A stretch of DNA of 20,000 nucleotides from the IMG/VR virus record IMGVR_UViG_3300027754_000077; one strand, 5' to 3'. Below the pieces are notes generated by a model, which saw nothing but the letters and a program-made list of their open reading frames with translations, was not told the DNA's origin and ran no database searches. A program made the position numbers and the translations under genes. Shown piece by piece: positions 7,520-14,667 of the stretch. This DNA is from an uncultured virus (IMG/VR IMGVR_UViG_3300027754_000077). Its lineage: Duplodnaviria; Heunggongvirae; Uroviricota; Caudoviricetes. Position 1 is the first letter of the stretch. Each line of letters opens with the position of its first letter.

Positions 7520-9265
7520 TTAGGGTTTTTTAAATTTTAGCTTGTAATAAACATTGAGTTTGGTTTGTCTTGAGATTTTAGGGTTTTGTGAAATCCCATC
7601 CCAACTCAAACGTTCTGCAAATTCTTTGATGAAATCCTCCGATAGTGTTTGATTGAATGAAATCCCGCGCCAATCCACACTATCTGCAAATTCACGAATG
7701 AATTCTTCAGATAGTGTTTGTTTTTTTGAAATATTATACCAATTCACCTTATCTTTGAATTTTCTGATAAAATCTTCGGATAGTGTTTGGTAATGTGAAA
7801 TATTACCCCAACCCAAACGACCTGCAAAATCTTTGATGAAATCCTCAGATAGTTTTTGACGCCGTGGAATTTCATCCCAAATCACACGGTCTACAAAATT
7901 TCTAATTATTTTTTCAGGTATTGGATAATTCCTCAAGACTTTATCCATGTCTAAACGTTTAGCAAATTCTAAAATAAAATCTCCAGATAGATTTTGGTAA
8001 GAGGAAATATAATTCCAATACACATCATCTTTGTATCTTCTGATAAAATCTTCAGATAGTATTTGCATTCGTGAAATCTCAAACCAACCAAGACGATCTT
8101 GAAATTCTTCAATAAAATTTTCAGATAGTGAATTGTCTGAAACCCACTCCCAAGCTACATTATCTGCACTTAATCCCTTGCTGAACAAGTATCTCAGCAT
8201 TTCTTCGGGTGCTTTTATATCATAAAAATTTCTTATGTCTTTTTCATTTATGATTTCATCAATTAATTCAAAATCTCCATGTTCTAAAGCATATCTTGTT
8301 AGACTATACTTATCATTCCCAAACTCTTCTTTAATCTCTTTTATTGCAATTGCTCTTCTTCTGTCATAAGTGTCTTTGTATTGTTTTTTGCCAAAAAGCA
8401 TATCTTTTTGACTTTGAGGAATACTAACTCCTGTATTAAGATATTGTTCAATCAAATATCCAGATATTGTTGGTAAATTAATAATGAATTTTAATTGTTC
8501 ATCCGTTAAAAGATGTCCTCTTCCTATATATTTAAGTTGTAATTTTAATGGTAACTTTTCAAACCAATTTGGTGTAACATTTCTGTATTCTAATAATTCA
8601 TTTTCATTTATTTCTTCTTCTGTTAGAGTTTTATTTACAAATTGTGATGTATCTACACCGTTTTTTCTAAGATAATCAAAATAAGCTTCATGATCTTCGT
8701 CAAACTCAGCTATTGTCCCAGTGCGATTATTTTTGTCCGTAAGTTTTACGATACCATTTGCTTGCATATCAACCATCACTCTTGATAATGGATCTTCTGG
8801 TGGTCTGGTGCCATCATTTACATAGTAAAAAGTAGATTGGTATTTATTCTTATAGGATTGAAATTCTGTATTTCCAGGCTGTGATATACACCAACTTGTT
8901 CCTGCGCCATATCTAATTGCGTCATTGACATCATTGCAGGCAACTACTTGTATCTTTCCTGGTACAAAATCAATTTTTTCTTTAGTTAATTCTTTTTGTT
9001 CTTTTATTTGTTTGGAGAAAACTAATATAGTATGAAGAGCATCTACAGCTTCGGTAAATTTAAGAAAATCTGTGTAAATGTTATTATCAAACATCACTCC
9101 ATCTTTTCTTAATTCTATAATTGGAAGTTTATTTGCTTTATCAAGCTCATTTAGTCTCTCACTAAGTTGGGAAGGATCCTGCCCTTGATCGCTAAAATAT
9201 TCTGCAATCTTCCTTATTATATGTTCTTTGCCAGCTATAATTATTTTTGCAAATTTATACCACAC
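7520..9265 (-). CDS. Tryptophan-repeat protein, paralog B
   Basis: 581 aa; tandem duplicate of 5737-7449 with a closely similar N-terminal half and a diverged repeat array. Confidence 0.9.
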   Translation of the reverse strand: MWYKFAKIIIAGKEHIIRKIAEYFSDQGQDPSQLSERLNELDKANKLPIIELRKDGVMFDNNIYTDFLKFTEAVDALHTILVFSKQIKEQKELTKEKIDFVPGKIQVVACNDVNDAIRYGAGTSWCISQPGNTEFQSYKNKYQSTFYYVNDGTRPPEDPLSRVMVDMQANGIVKLTDKNNRTGTIAEFDEDHEAYFDYLRKNGVDTSQFVNKTLTEEEINENELLEYRNVTPNWFEKLPLKLQLKYIGRGHLLTDEQLKFIINLPTISGYLIEQYLNTGVSIPQSQKDMLFGKKQYKDTYDRRRAIAIKEIKEEFGNDKYSLTRYALEHGDFELIDEIINEKDIRNFYDIKAPEEMLRYLFSKGLSADNVAWEWVSDNSLSENFIEEFQDRLGWFEISRMQILSEDFIRRYKDDVYWNYISSYQNLSGDFILEFAKRLDMDKVLRNYPIPEKIIRNFVDRVIWDEIPRRQKLSEDFIKDFAGRLGWGNISHYQTLSEDFIRKFKDKVNWYNISKKQTLSEEFIREFADSVDWRGISFNQTLSEDFIKEFAERLSWDGISQNPKISRQTKLNVYYKLKFKKP

Positions 9266-9354
9266 AATCTGAATTTCAAGAAAAAAATAAAAAAACCTAA
9301 TTTTTACAGAACAAATAGGAGATTGTGTCGTATATATATAATAAGGAAATAATT

Positions 9355-9420
9355 ATGAAATTAAATTTGCAGGGCAGTATTGGATGTTTTATGTGGTCAA
9401 CCCAAGGGGGTAGTGGCTAA
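9355..9420 (+). CDS. Leader peptide of tRNA array 2 (MKLNLQGSIGCFMWSTQGGSG*)
   Basis: AAGGAAA SD-like site, ATG 9355, TAA 9418-9420, ending 27 nt before the terminator. Confidence 0.75.
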   Translation: MKLNLQGSIGCFMWSTQGGSG

Positions 9421-9456
9421 AATCCTGCTGTAAGCAAAATTTTCACCAAAATCCCT
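9406..9456 (+). promoter_or_regulatory. Antiterminator hairpin of attenuator 2
   Basis: AGGGG pairs with TCCCT (terminator 5' arm), with nested GTG/CAC, AAAAT/ATTTT and TGCT-gta-AGCA helices. Confidence 0.6.
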
Positions 9457-9486
9457 GAAGACCAAAAAAACTTCAGGGATTTTTTT
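9448..9486 (+). terminator. Intrinsic terminator (attenuator) upstream of tRNA array 2
   Basis: AAAATCCCTGAAG-accaaaaaaa-CTTCAGGGATTTT followed by a T run. Confidence 0.9.
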
Positions 9487-9487
9487 A

Positions 9488-9507
9488 TGTACTTTGACAA
9501 TAAAATA
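9488..9507 (+). promoter_or_regulatory. boxA-like antitermination element
   Basis: TGTACTTTGACAATAAAATA directly after the terminator; conserved with 4854-4873. Confidence 0.5.
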
Positions 9508-9511
9508 ATGA

Positions 9512-9587
9512 GCGATATTGATGTTAATGGTTAGCATACCTGGCTTCCAACCAGATTGTGTCAGTTCAAGTCTGACATATCGCTCCA
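9512..9587 (+). tRNA. trnG: tRNA-Gly(UCC)
   Basis: GCGATAT/ATATCGC acceptor, U73, CTGG-CTTCCAA-CCAG, CCA. Confidence 0.92.
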
Positions 9588-9591
9588 ATAT

Positions 9592-9667
9592 GGATTTCAG
9601 GTGTAGCTGGTGTGCACGAAGCGCTGAAGACGCTTAGGATAGAGTTCAATTCTCTGGGAATCCACCA
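9592..9667 (+). tRNA. trnF: tRNA-Phe(GAA)
   Basis: AAGCG-CTGAAGA-CGCTT, GGATTTC/GGAATCC acceptor, CCA. Confidence 0.88.
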
Positions 9668-9677
9668 AATTTTTTAA

Positions 9678-9764
9678 GGAAGGTAATGCTGAATGGTTTT
9701 GGCGAATGTTTGCTAAACATTTCGGACTGAAAGGTCTCTGGTTCAATTCCAGTGCCTTCCTCCA
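9678..9764 (+). tRNA. trnS: tRNA-Ser(GCU)
   Basis: AATGT-TTGCTAA-ACATT, long variable arm, CCA. Confidence 0.9.
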
Positions 9765-9828
9765 TATACGGGGAGTGACCAGTTGGCTCTGTGCAGGAGT
9801 GGTTTTATTAAGTTTTGAATATTCACAT

Positions 9829-10335
9829 ATGAGAAAACCAAACACTCAATGCTCAATCTGCTCGAATGAAATTTATCGCAGACCATTTCAAATAAAAGCA
9901 CAAATAAAATTTTATTGTTCTAGTTGTAATCCATCTAAAAAAACAAATAAACTTGCAGAAAAGAAATGCCCAGTGTGTCAAAATTTTTTCAAACCAGATA
10001 GTTCAAAATCTACATTTTGTAGTCGTAGTTGTTCAAATAAAAGCCGTTGTGGAATTCATTACCGCAAAGATGGAAATGTATGGAATAATAAATCTAAACT
10101 CAGATTGTCAATACTTTTGACTGAGTTTGCTATTACATCTTGTATGGTTGAGGGATGCAACTATAATATCACTTATGATATTCATAGACACATACCTGGA
10201 AAAGAAGGTGGTGAATATAAAATAGGAAATATGTTTGCTATCTGCCCAAACCATCATGCAGAGGTTTCTCGCGGTATAATTATTTTGGAAAAAGTAAGCG
10301 ATAGTAAATTAAAAATAAAGGAAGTGCTGTCATAG
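9829..10335 (+). CDS. Free-standing HNH homing endonuclease with N-terminal Cys zinc-finger repeats
   Basis: DIHRHIPGKEGGEYKIGNMFAICPNHH and CPVC...FCSRSC. The start is most likely ATG 9829 (AGG at -34); the track's start at 9706 lies inside tRNA-Ser. Confidence 0.85.
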   Translation: MRKPNTQCSICSNEIYRRPFQIKAQIKFYCSSCNPSKKTNKLAEKKCPVCQNFFKPDSSKSTFCSRSCSNKSRCGIHYRKDGNVWNNKSKLRLSILLTEFAITSCMVEGCNYNITYDIHRHIPGKEGGEYKIGNMFAICPNHHAEVSRGIIILEKVSDSKLKIKEVLS

Positions 10336-10406
10336 GTGTGATAAACCGTCTTGAAAACGGCTGGGCTGATAAGGTCTTGAGAGTTCGAATCTCTCCGCTT
10401 CCGCCA
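10320..10406 (+). tRNA. trnS: tRNA-Ser(UGA)
   Basis: GGAAGTG/CGCTTCC acceptor, CCGT-CTTGAAA-ACGG, long variable arm, G73, CCA; the 5' end overlaps the last HNH codons. Confidence 0.88.
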
Positions 10407-10413
10407 AGTTTAT

Positions 10414-10487
10414 GTTGTCTCTAGCTCAGTTGGTAGAGCGTCCCACTGCAGGGGAAGGCGAAGGTTCAATTCCTTCGGGCAACACCA
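10414..10487 (+). tRNA. tRNA-like gene with aberrant anticodon arm (identity undetermined)
   Basis: Good D-arm, T-arm, acceptor and CCA. The anticodon arm is only TCCC-ACTGCAG-GGGA (4 bp, no U33). Confidence 0.65.
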
Positions 10488-10493
10488 TTTTAC

Positions 10494-10580
10494 TGAGGAA
10501 TAGTGTAATTGGTAACACGCTAGGTTTTGACCCTAGAGACATATTTGCTTGTCCACGTTCGAATCGTGGTTCCTCAGCCA
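10494..10580 (+). tRNA. trnQ: tRNA-Gln(UUG) with extended variable region
   Basis: CTAGG-TTTTGAC-CCTAG, U1:A72, G73, CCA; 16-nt variable region. Confidence 0.88.
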
Positions 10581-10581
10581 T

Positions 10582-10656
10582 ATCCGAGTAGCTCAATGGC
10601 AGAGCATAATCTATATAAGATTGAGGTTTTTGGTTCAAATCCAAATTCGGATACCA
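10582..10656 (+). tRNA. tRNA-Ile(UAU)-like, A at position 33
   Basis: TAATC-TATATAA-GATTG, ATCCGAG/TTCGGAT acceptor, A73, CCA. Confidence 0.7.
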
Positions 10657-10661
10657 ATTTC

Positions 10662-10735
10662 GGCAAATTAGCTTAATGGTAGAGCGCAGATTTCATACAT
10701 CTAAGACAAAAGTTCGATTCTTTTATTTGCCCCCA
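10662..10735 (+). tRNA. tRNA with CAU anticodon (elongator Met or Ile2)
   Basis: AGAT-TTCATAC-ATCT, GGCAAAT/ATTTGCC acceptor, CCA. Confidence 0.85.
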
Positions 10736-10738
10736 AAC

Positions 10739-10812
10739 GCACGATTAGCCAAGAGGCAAGGCGAGGGTCTGCAAAATCCTGATCACTGGTTCAAGTCCAG
10801 TATCGTGCTCCA
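10739..10812 (+). tRNA. trnC: tRNA-Cys(GCA)
   Basis: AGGGT-CTGCAAA-ATCCT, U73, CCA. Confidence 0.93.
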
Positions 10813-10815
10813 TAT

Positions 10816-10889
10816 ACCAGAGAGAGTAGGTTGTTCCAATAGGTCTTCGAAACCTTTTTGCCTGGGTTCAAATCCCAGCTCTGGTGCCA
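10816..10889 (+). tRNA. trnR: tRNA-Arg(UCG), degenerate D-arm
   Basis: AGGT-CTTCGAA-ACCT, ACCAGAG/CTCTGGT acceptor, good T-arm, CCA. Confidence 0.75.
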
Positions 10890-10977
10890 TTTTTATTTGA
10901 TGGGTATTTGATAAAAACGTTTTTTTTCTGTTTTTTAGATTCAAAAATTCTCTTTTTTTATTTGATGGTCATTTGAT
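10890..10977. repeat. Imperfect 23-bp direct repeat TTTTTATTTGATGGnnATTTGAT x2
   Basis: Copies at 10890-10912 and 10955-10977. Confidence 0.7.
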
Positions 10978-10996
10978 TACCTTCACACAAAACAAA

Positions 10997-11305
10997 TTAT
11001 GAGACCAGCTCAATTGTGTGTGGTGCATTTTCTGAAATGTTAAATAGCCCATTTCCCAATTCATATTTCTTACCAAGGTCATCAATAAATGTTTGAAATT
11101 CCATTTCAAGTTTTTCTATCATTTCTTGATTAGCTCTAAATTCTTCTTGCAAAGAAGCCATTTGTTTTTCTACATTTCTCAACATGTCAAATATGTCAGA
11201 GCGCTTGCCTTTCAAGTTTAATACCCCAGAACGAAGCTGTGCATAATTATTAAATTCTTCTTTAGTTAAAGCTTTTTCAGATTGTGTAGATGAGTTAAAT
11301 TTCAT
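10997..11305 (-). CDS. Coiled-coil hypothetical protein
   Basis: 102-aa heptad-rich ORF downstream of the amidase. Confidence 0.75.
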   Translation of the reverse strand: MKFNSSTQSEKALTKEEFNNYAQLRSGVLNLKGKRSDIFDMLRNVEKQMASLQEEFRANQEMIEKLEMEFQTFIDDLGKKYELGNGLFNISENAPHTIELVS

Positions 11306-11314
11306 AAATTTATT

Positions 11315-12169
11315 TTACAATTTTTTTGCTCTAACCAGTTCAAATTTTGCCCCTGTTTTTTCGCAAACATTTCTTAAGAAAATCCATGCATTACCAGCTT
11401 CATCCACTTCTGCCACAGGTGTGGAGTAACCCTTTAAGCCATTCATCCAAATTACATTATCACCTAACTTGGTTAACGCAAAGTTTTTGGGCATTAATTT
11501 ATTGATAAAAGCTCTTGCTGGAATAATGGTTCTTGAATTTTCTACTCTAGTTTGTGACCAAATAAAAACATTTGATTCAAAAGTAATTTCAAATACAGGA
11601 TTTGTCCATGAATCCACTCCATCACCATTATAGATTTGGTAAAATTTATTAACTTCTTTAATGAATGTTGGTTTATCCACTAATTTGCCTGGACATGTTT
11701 TGTTCGTCAATGGGTCATCTCTGTGAAACTTTAATGAAGTTGGATCTACTTTTAAAAAGTGGCATAGAAATCCTACAAGCTCATGAGTGTTTTCGAAAAT
11801 TTCTTTTGCCCTAAGCGAATTAAAATCAGTAGATGTGTCGTAATCACCGAGCATTTCAATCCCCCATGAGTTCGAATTATAGCTTTTTGCATGCACTCCA
11901 GGTTTATTTAAAGCTTGGAAAACAATTATGCCTTTATCGTCAACAAAAAAGTGAGGAGCACCATTCCAGTTCATAACATTTTCATAATAATACTTTAAGT
12001 TAAGCAAATGTTGATCAGTGAATCCATTAGGTCTTTGAGAAAGATTGGGTGAGGCTGTGTGATGAACCACTGTAAATTGTGGTTTAAAAGTAGTAAAAGA
12101 CAAAGCTTCCAAATATTTTTTAAGCTCTGTTACTGTCATTCTTAGTCCAACATAAGGAATTTTACCCAT
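11315..12169 (-). CDS. N-acetylmuramoyl-L-alanine amidase (Amidase_2), probable endolysin
   Basis: VVHHTA, HFFVD, GVHA..N..SWGIEM, FHRD and KTCPG zinc-amidase motifs, plus a C-terminal putative binding domain. Confidence 0.9.
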   Translation of the reverse strand: MGKIPYVGLRMTVTELKKYLEALSFTTFKPQFTVVHHTASPNLSQRPNGFTDQHLLNLKYYYENVMNWNGAPHFFVDDKGIIVFQALNKPGVHAKSYNSNSWGIEMLGDYDTSTDFNSLRAKEIFENTHELVGFLCHFLKVDPTSLKFHRDDPLTNKTCPGKLVDKPTFIKEVNKFYQIYNGDGVDSWTNPVFEITFESNVFIWSQTRVENSRTIIPARAFINKLMPKNFALTKLGDNVIWMNGLKGYSTPVAEVDEAGNAWIFLRNVCEKTGAKFELVRAKKL

Positions 12170-12216
12170 ATTAAGTTATTTAAAACATTTTTTTAATAAA
12201 CCTGTAAAAATAAAAT

Positions 12217-12762
12217 ATGACATTAAATTGTAATATTCCCCATTTCGAATGTTATGTGAAAAAAGAATTTTTAACCAACTTTACACAATCTGATGCTTTG
12301 ATTAAAGCTAAAGCTTTTGCTATTAGTAGCACTAGAGGGCAGGTGCTGCAATTTCATGTTTTAACAGAACATGGAGCAATGTTTTCCAAACTTCCCGTTC
12401 ATTCTTTAGTATTGAAAAAAGATTATGAAAAAATGAATTTAGAAAATTTAGTCACTTATGATGCTTTTAGTTTTCATGTTTCTAATATCACTTATGATTA
12501 TTTAAAGTATTTAAGATGTGAATATTATTCGGGCGAAAAAAGAATTAAATATGATGCCACTTACTTCACTACAGTGGATTTTTATGATTCTGAATATTCT
12601 GATCATCCAGGCATAGCAAAATGCTGTCACATTTTATTTTTAGACAATGGCAACATTGCAGCTGCGCCAAACAATAGAATTTTGTGGCATGATACAGGAT
12701 TGCAGCCAGATGTTTCTAAAATAGATTATAAGCCATTGAATAAAATTTTTACAGTAGAATGA
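12217..12762 (+). CDS. Conserved phage hypothetical protein
   Basis: 181 aa; LNCNIP and GNIAAAPNNRILWHD resemble motifs I recall from uncharacterised phage proteins. Confidence 0.75.
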   Translation: MTLNCNIPHFECYVKKEFLTNFTQSDALIKAKAFAISSTRGQVLQFHVLTEHGAMFSKLPVHSLVLKKDYEKMNLENLVTYDAFSFHVSNITYDYLKYLRCEYYSGEKRIKYDATYFTTVDFYDSEYSDHPGIAKCCHILFLDNGNIAAAPNNRILWHDTGLQPDVSKIDYKPLNKIFTVE

Positions 12763-13544
12763 AAATATTTTTTGATCATATTCTTTTTCAGCAAACTGAT
12801 TATAATTTTAATCATACACTTGTTACAGCAATTTTTGAAAAAGATGAATTTGATTATGCTTTAGAAAATGGTTTTTTCCCTGATAATTTTTGGCTCAATG
12901 AAAATACCAAACATTCAATTCGATGTAAAAAACCTGGCGAATTTGTTTGGGTTCCAGTGAGATCTTCTAGAATTGTAGTGAAAGATTTTGTTTTGAATAA
13001 AAAAGATAGAAGATTGTTAAAAAATAATGTTTTAACAAAAAATGTAAAAGCCAATGAAATAAATTATGAAGAATTTTATGAAGTGTATTTGAAATATATT
13101 CGTGCAAAAAAATTTGAAGATTATAAAGACAATTTACAAGATTTTATAGATGGTTTTTGCCGAAATGATTTTGAGTTTTTAGAATATAGGCTAGACAATA
13201 AACTTATTGGTTTTTGCTTGATTCAAGTTTTTCAAAATAGTTTAGTATCATACCAATTTTGCTGGGATTATGAAAATTCTAAATTGAGTTTAGGTAAATT
13301 TTCACAAATACAAGAAGTGGAGTATGCTAAATCATTAGGATTTGATTATGTTTACATTGGCTGTGTTGCTGAAAATGCAGGAATTTATAAAATAAATTTT
13401 CCAGGCTTTGAATATTATAATTCTGGCAAGTGGCGAAGAAAAGACAGTTTAATTCAAAAATGGCTTGGAAATGATTCAGATTGTGTGAGTATTTTGGAAC
13501 TTTTGTGTTTAGAAAAAGAATATATAAAGGATTATAGCGTATAA
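12759..13544 (+). CDS. Aminoacyl-tRNA--protein transferase, ATE1/Bpt-like (ATE_C GNAT fold)
   Basis: LEYRLDNKLIG...SYQFCWD...LSLGKFSQIQEVEYAKSLGFDYVYIG...YKINFPGFEY matches the ATE C-terminal pattern. Confidence 0.8.
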   Translation: MKIFFDHILFQQTDYNFNHTLVTAIFEKDEFDYALENGFFPDNFWLNENTKHSIRCKKPGEFVWVPVRSSRIVVKDFVLNKKDRRLLKNNVLTKNVKANEINYEEFYEVYLKYIRAKKFEDYKDNLQDFIDGFCRNDFEFLEYRLDNKLIGFCLIQVFQNSLVSYQFCWDYENSKLSLGKFSQIQEVEYAKSLGFDYVYIGCVAENAGIYKINFPGFEYYNSGKWRRKDSLIQKWLGNDSDCVSILELLCLEKEYIKDYSV

Positions 13545-13561
13545 ATTGTTAATTCCAGATT

Positions 13562-14269
13562 GTGTTAAAGTCGATTTTATATTTAAATTATTTAGATAGT
13601 ATTAGCAAATACAAAAAAGCAGATACACAATCTTTATTAATTTTAAAAAAATTTGCAATGACTAACGCAGATGCATACAGAATTTTAAATGTATCTGCAA
13701 ATTCCTCACCAGAAGAAATAAAATCTGCATACAGAAACATGGCATTAAAATTTCATCCTGATATTAATCCAAATGCAAACCCTGATGAAATGATTAATAT
13801 TAATCTTGCATATGAAAAAATTAAAGAAGCACCTTTACAGAACTCACCTAGTAATCAAAGTAATTATAACAATAATAATTATCGGGATAACGATTTTGAA
13901 ATTGCTAATCGCTTAAAAGAACAAAAGGAAGATCTCAGAAAAAATTTACCTAAAATTAAAGAATTTTTTATCAACCAATTATTTAATTCTGAAATTTTTA
14001 AAAAATTATGGAGCTCTGATGAATTAATTATATACAATAAAAAAAGAAGAAAGCATTTTAAGAAAAAATATGAGAATTATGAATTTCCTCTACACGATAA
14101 TTTATATGATTTTATTTACGATTTAATAAAAATAATTGAAAAAAAATATCCATTTGCCGCTTTTTATACTACTAATTTTATGAATATTTTAGAAACCGCA
14201 AAGGTTTATGGGAAAAATCCAAAAGATGAAATAAGTAAGTATTTTGATGATTATTTCTCTGAATTTTAA
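13562..14269 (+). CDS. DnaJ (J-domain) protein
   Basis: AYRILNVSANSSPEEIKSAYRNMALKFHPDINP with an intact HPD motif. Confidence 0.9.
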   Translation: MLKSILYLNYLDSISKYKKADTQSLLILKKFAMTNADAYRILNVSANSSPEEIKSAYRNMALKFHPDINPNANPDEMININLAYEKIKEAPLQNSPSNQSNYNNNNYRDNDFEIANRLKEQKEDLRKNLPKIKEFFINQLFNSEIFKKLWSSDELIIYNKKRRKHFKKKYENYEFPLHDNLYDFIYDLIKIIEKKYPFAAFYTTNFMNILETAKVYGKNPKDEISKYFDDYFSEF

Positions 14270-14661
14270 TCTTCTGGCTCAAAATATGTTACTAGAGTGA
14301 TAGCTTCAGATTTATTTGTAAACATGGGGAAAAATCTTTCTTCTGTTCTTAAAACATAATTTACATTGTCATCTGGAATTATTTCAGCTTTTACTAGGCA
14401 ATCAATAATAGCTTTATTTACATTATCTATATCTGATTTACGAGTAAAGCCTCTGCCCTGTACAACTTTTATTTCAATTTCAATAGGAAATTTTTCAGCT
14501 TTATCTAAGCCTTCTTTCATTAAATTTATATTTAAGTCTAACCAATTTTTATAAGCTTTAGATTTAACTAATCCATATTTTTTGGATACAGAATACATTT
14601 TGTTTTTTGAAATTGGTGGACCCAAAGTAATTGATTTTCTTTTAATAATAAGATTGTACAC
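14266..14661 (-). CDS. rusA: RusA-family Holliday junction resolvase
   Basis: PPISKN and DIDNVNKAIIDCLVKAEIIPDD signature. Confidence 0.85.
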   Translation of the reverse strand: MYNLIIKRKSITLGPPISKNKMYSVSKKYGLVKSKAYKNWLDLNINLMKEGLDKAEKFPIEIEIKVVQGRGFTRKSDIDNVNKAIIDCLVKAEIIPDDNVNYVLRTEERFFPMFTNKSEAITLVTYFEPED

Positions 14662-14667
14662 AAATTA

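Noticed and set aside
5831..8150. 69-bp periodic repeats as a CRISPR array or DGR
   Set aside because: They are in-frame protein repeats without unique spacers, and there is no cas or reverse transcriptase gene in the window.
4962..10900. ORF-track entries 4962-5180, 9397-9588, 9597-9845, 10426-10644, 10676-10900 and the 9706 start
   Set aside because: They overlap tRNA genes and are shadow ORFs.
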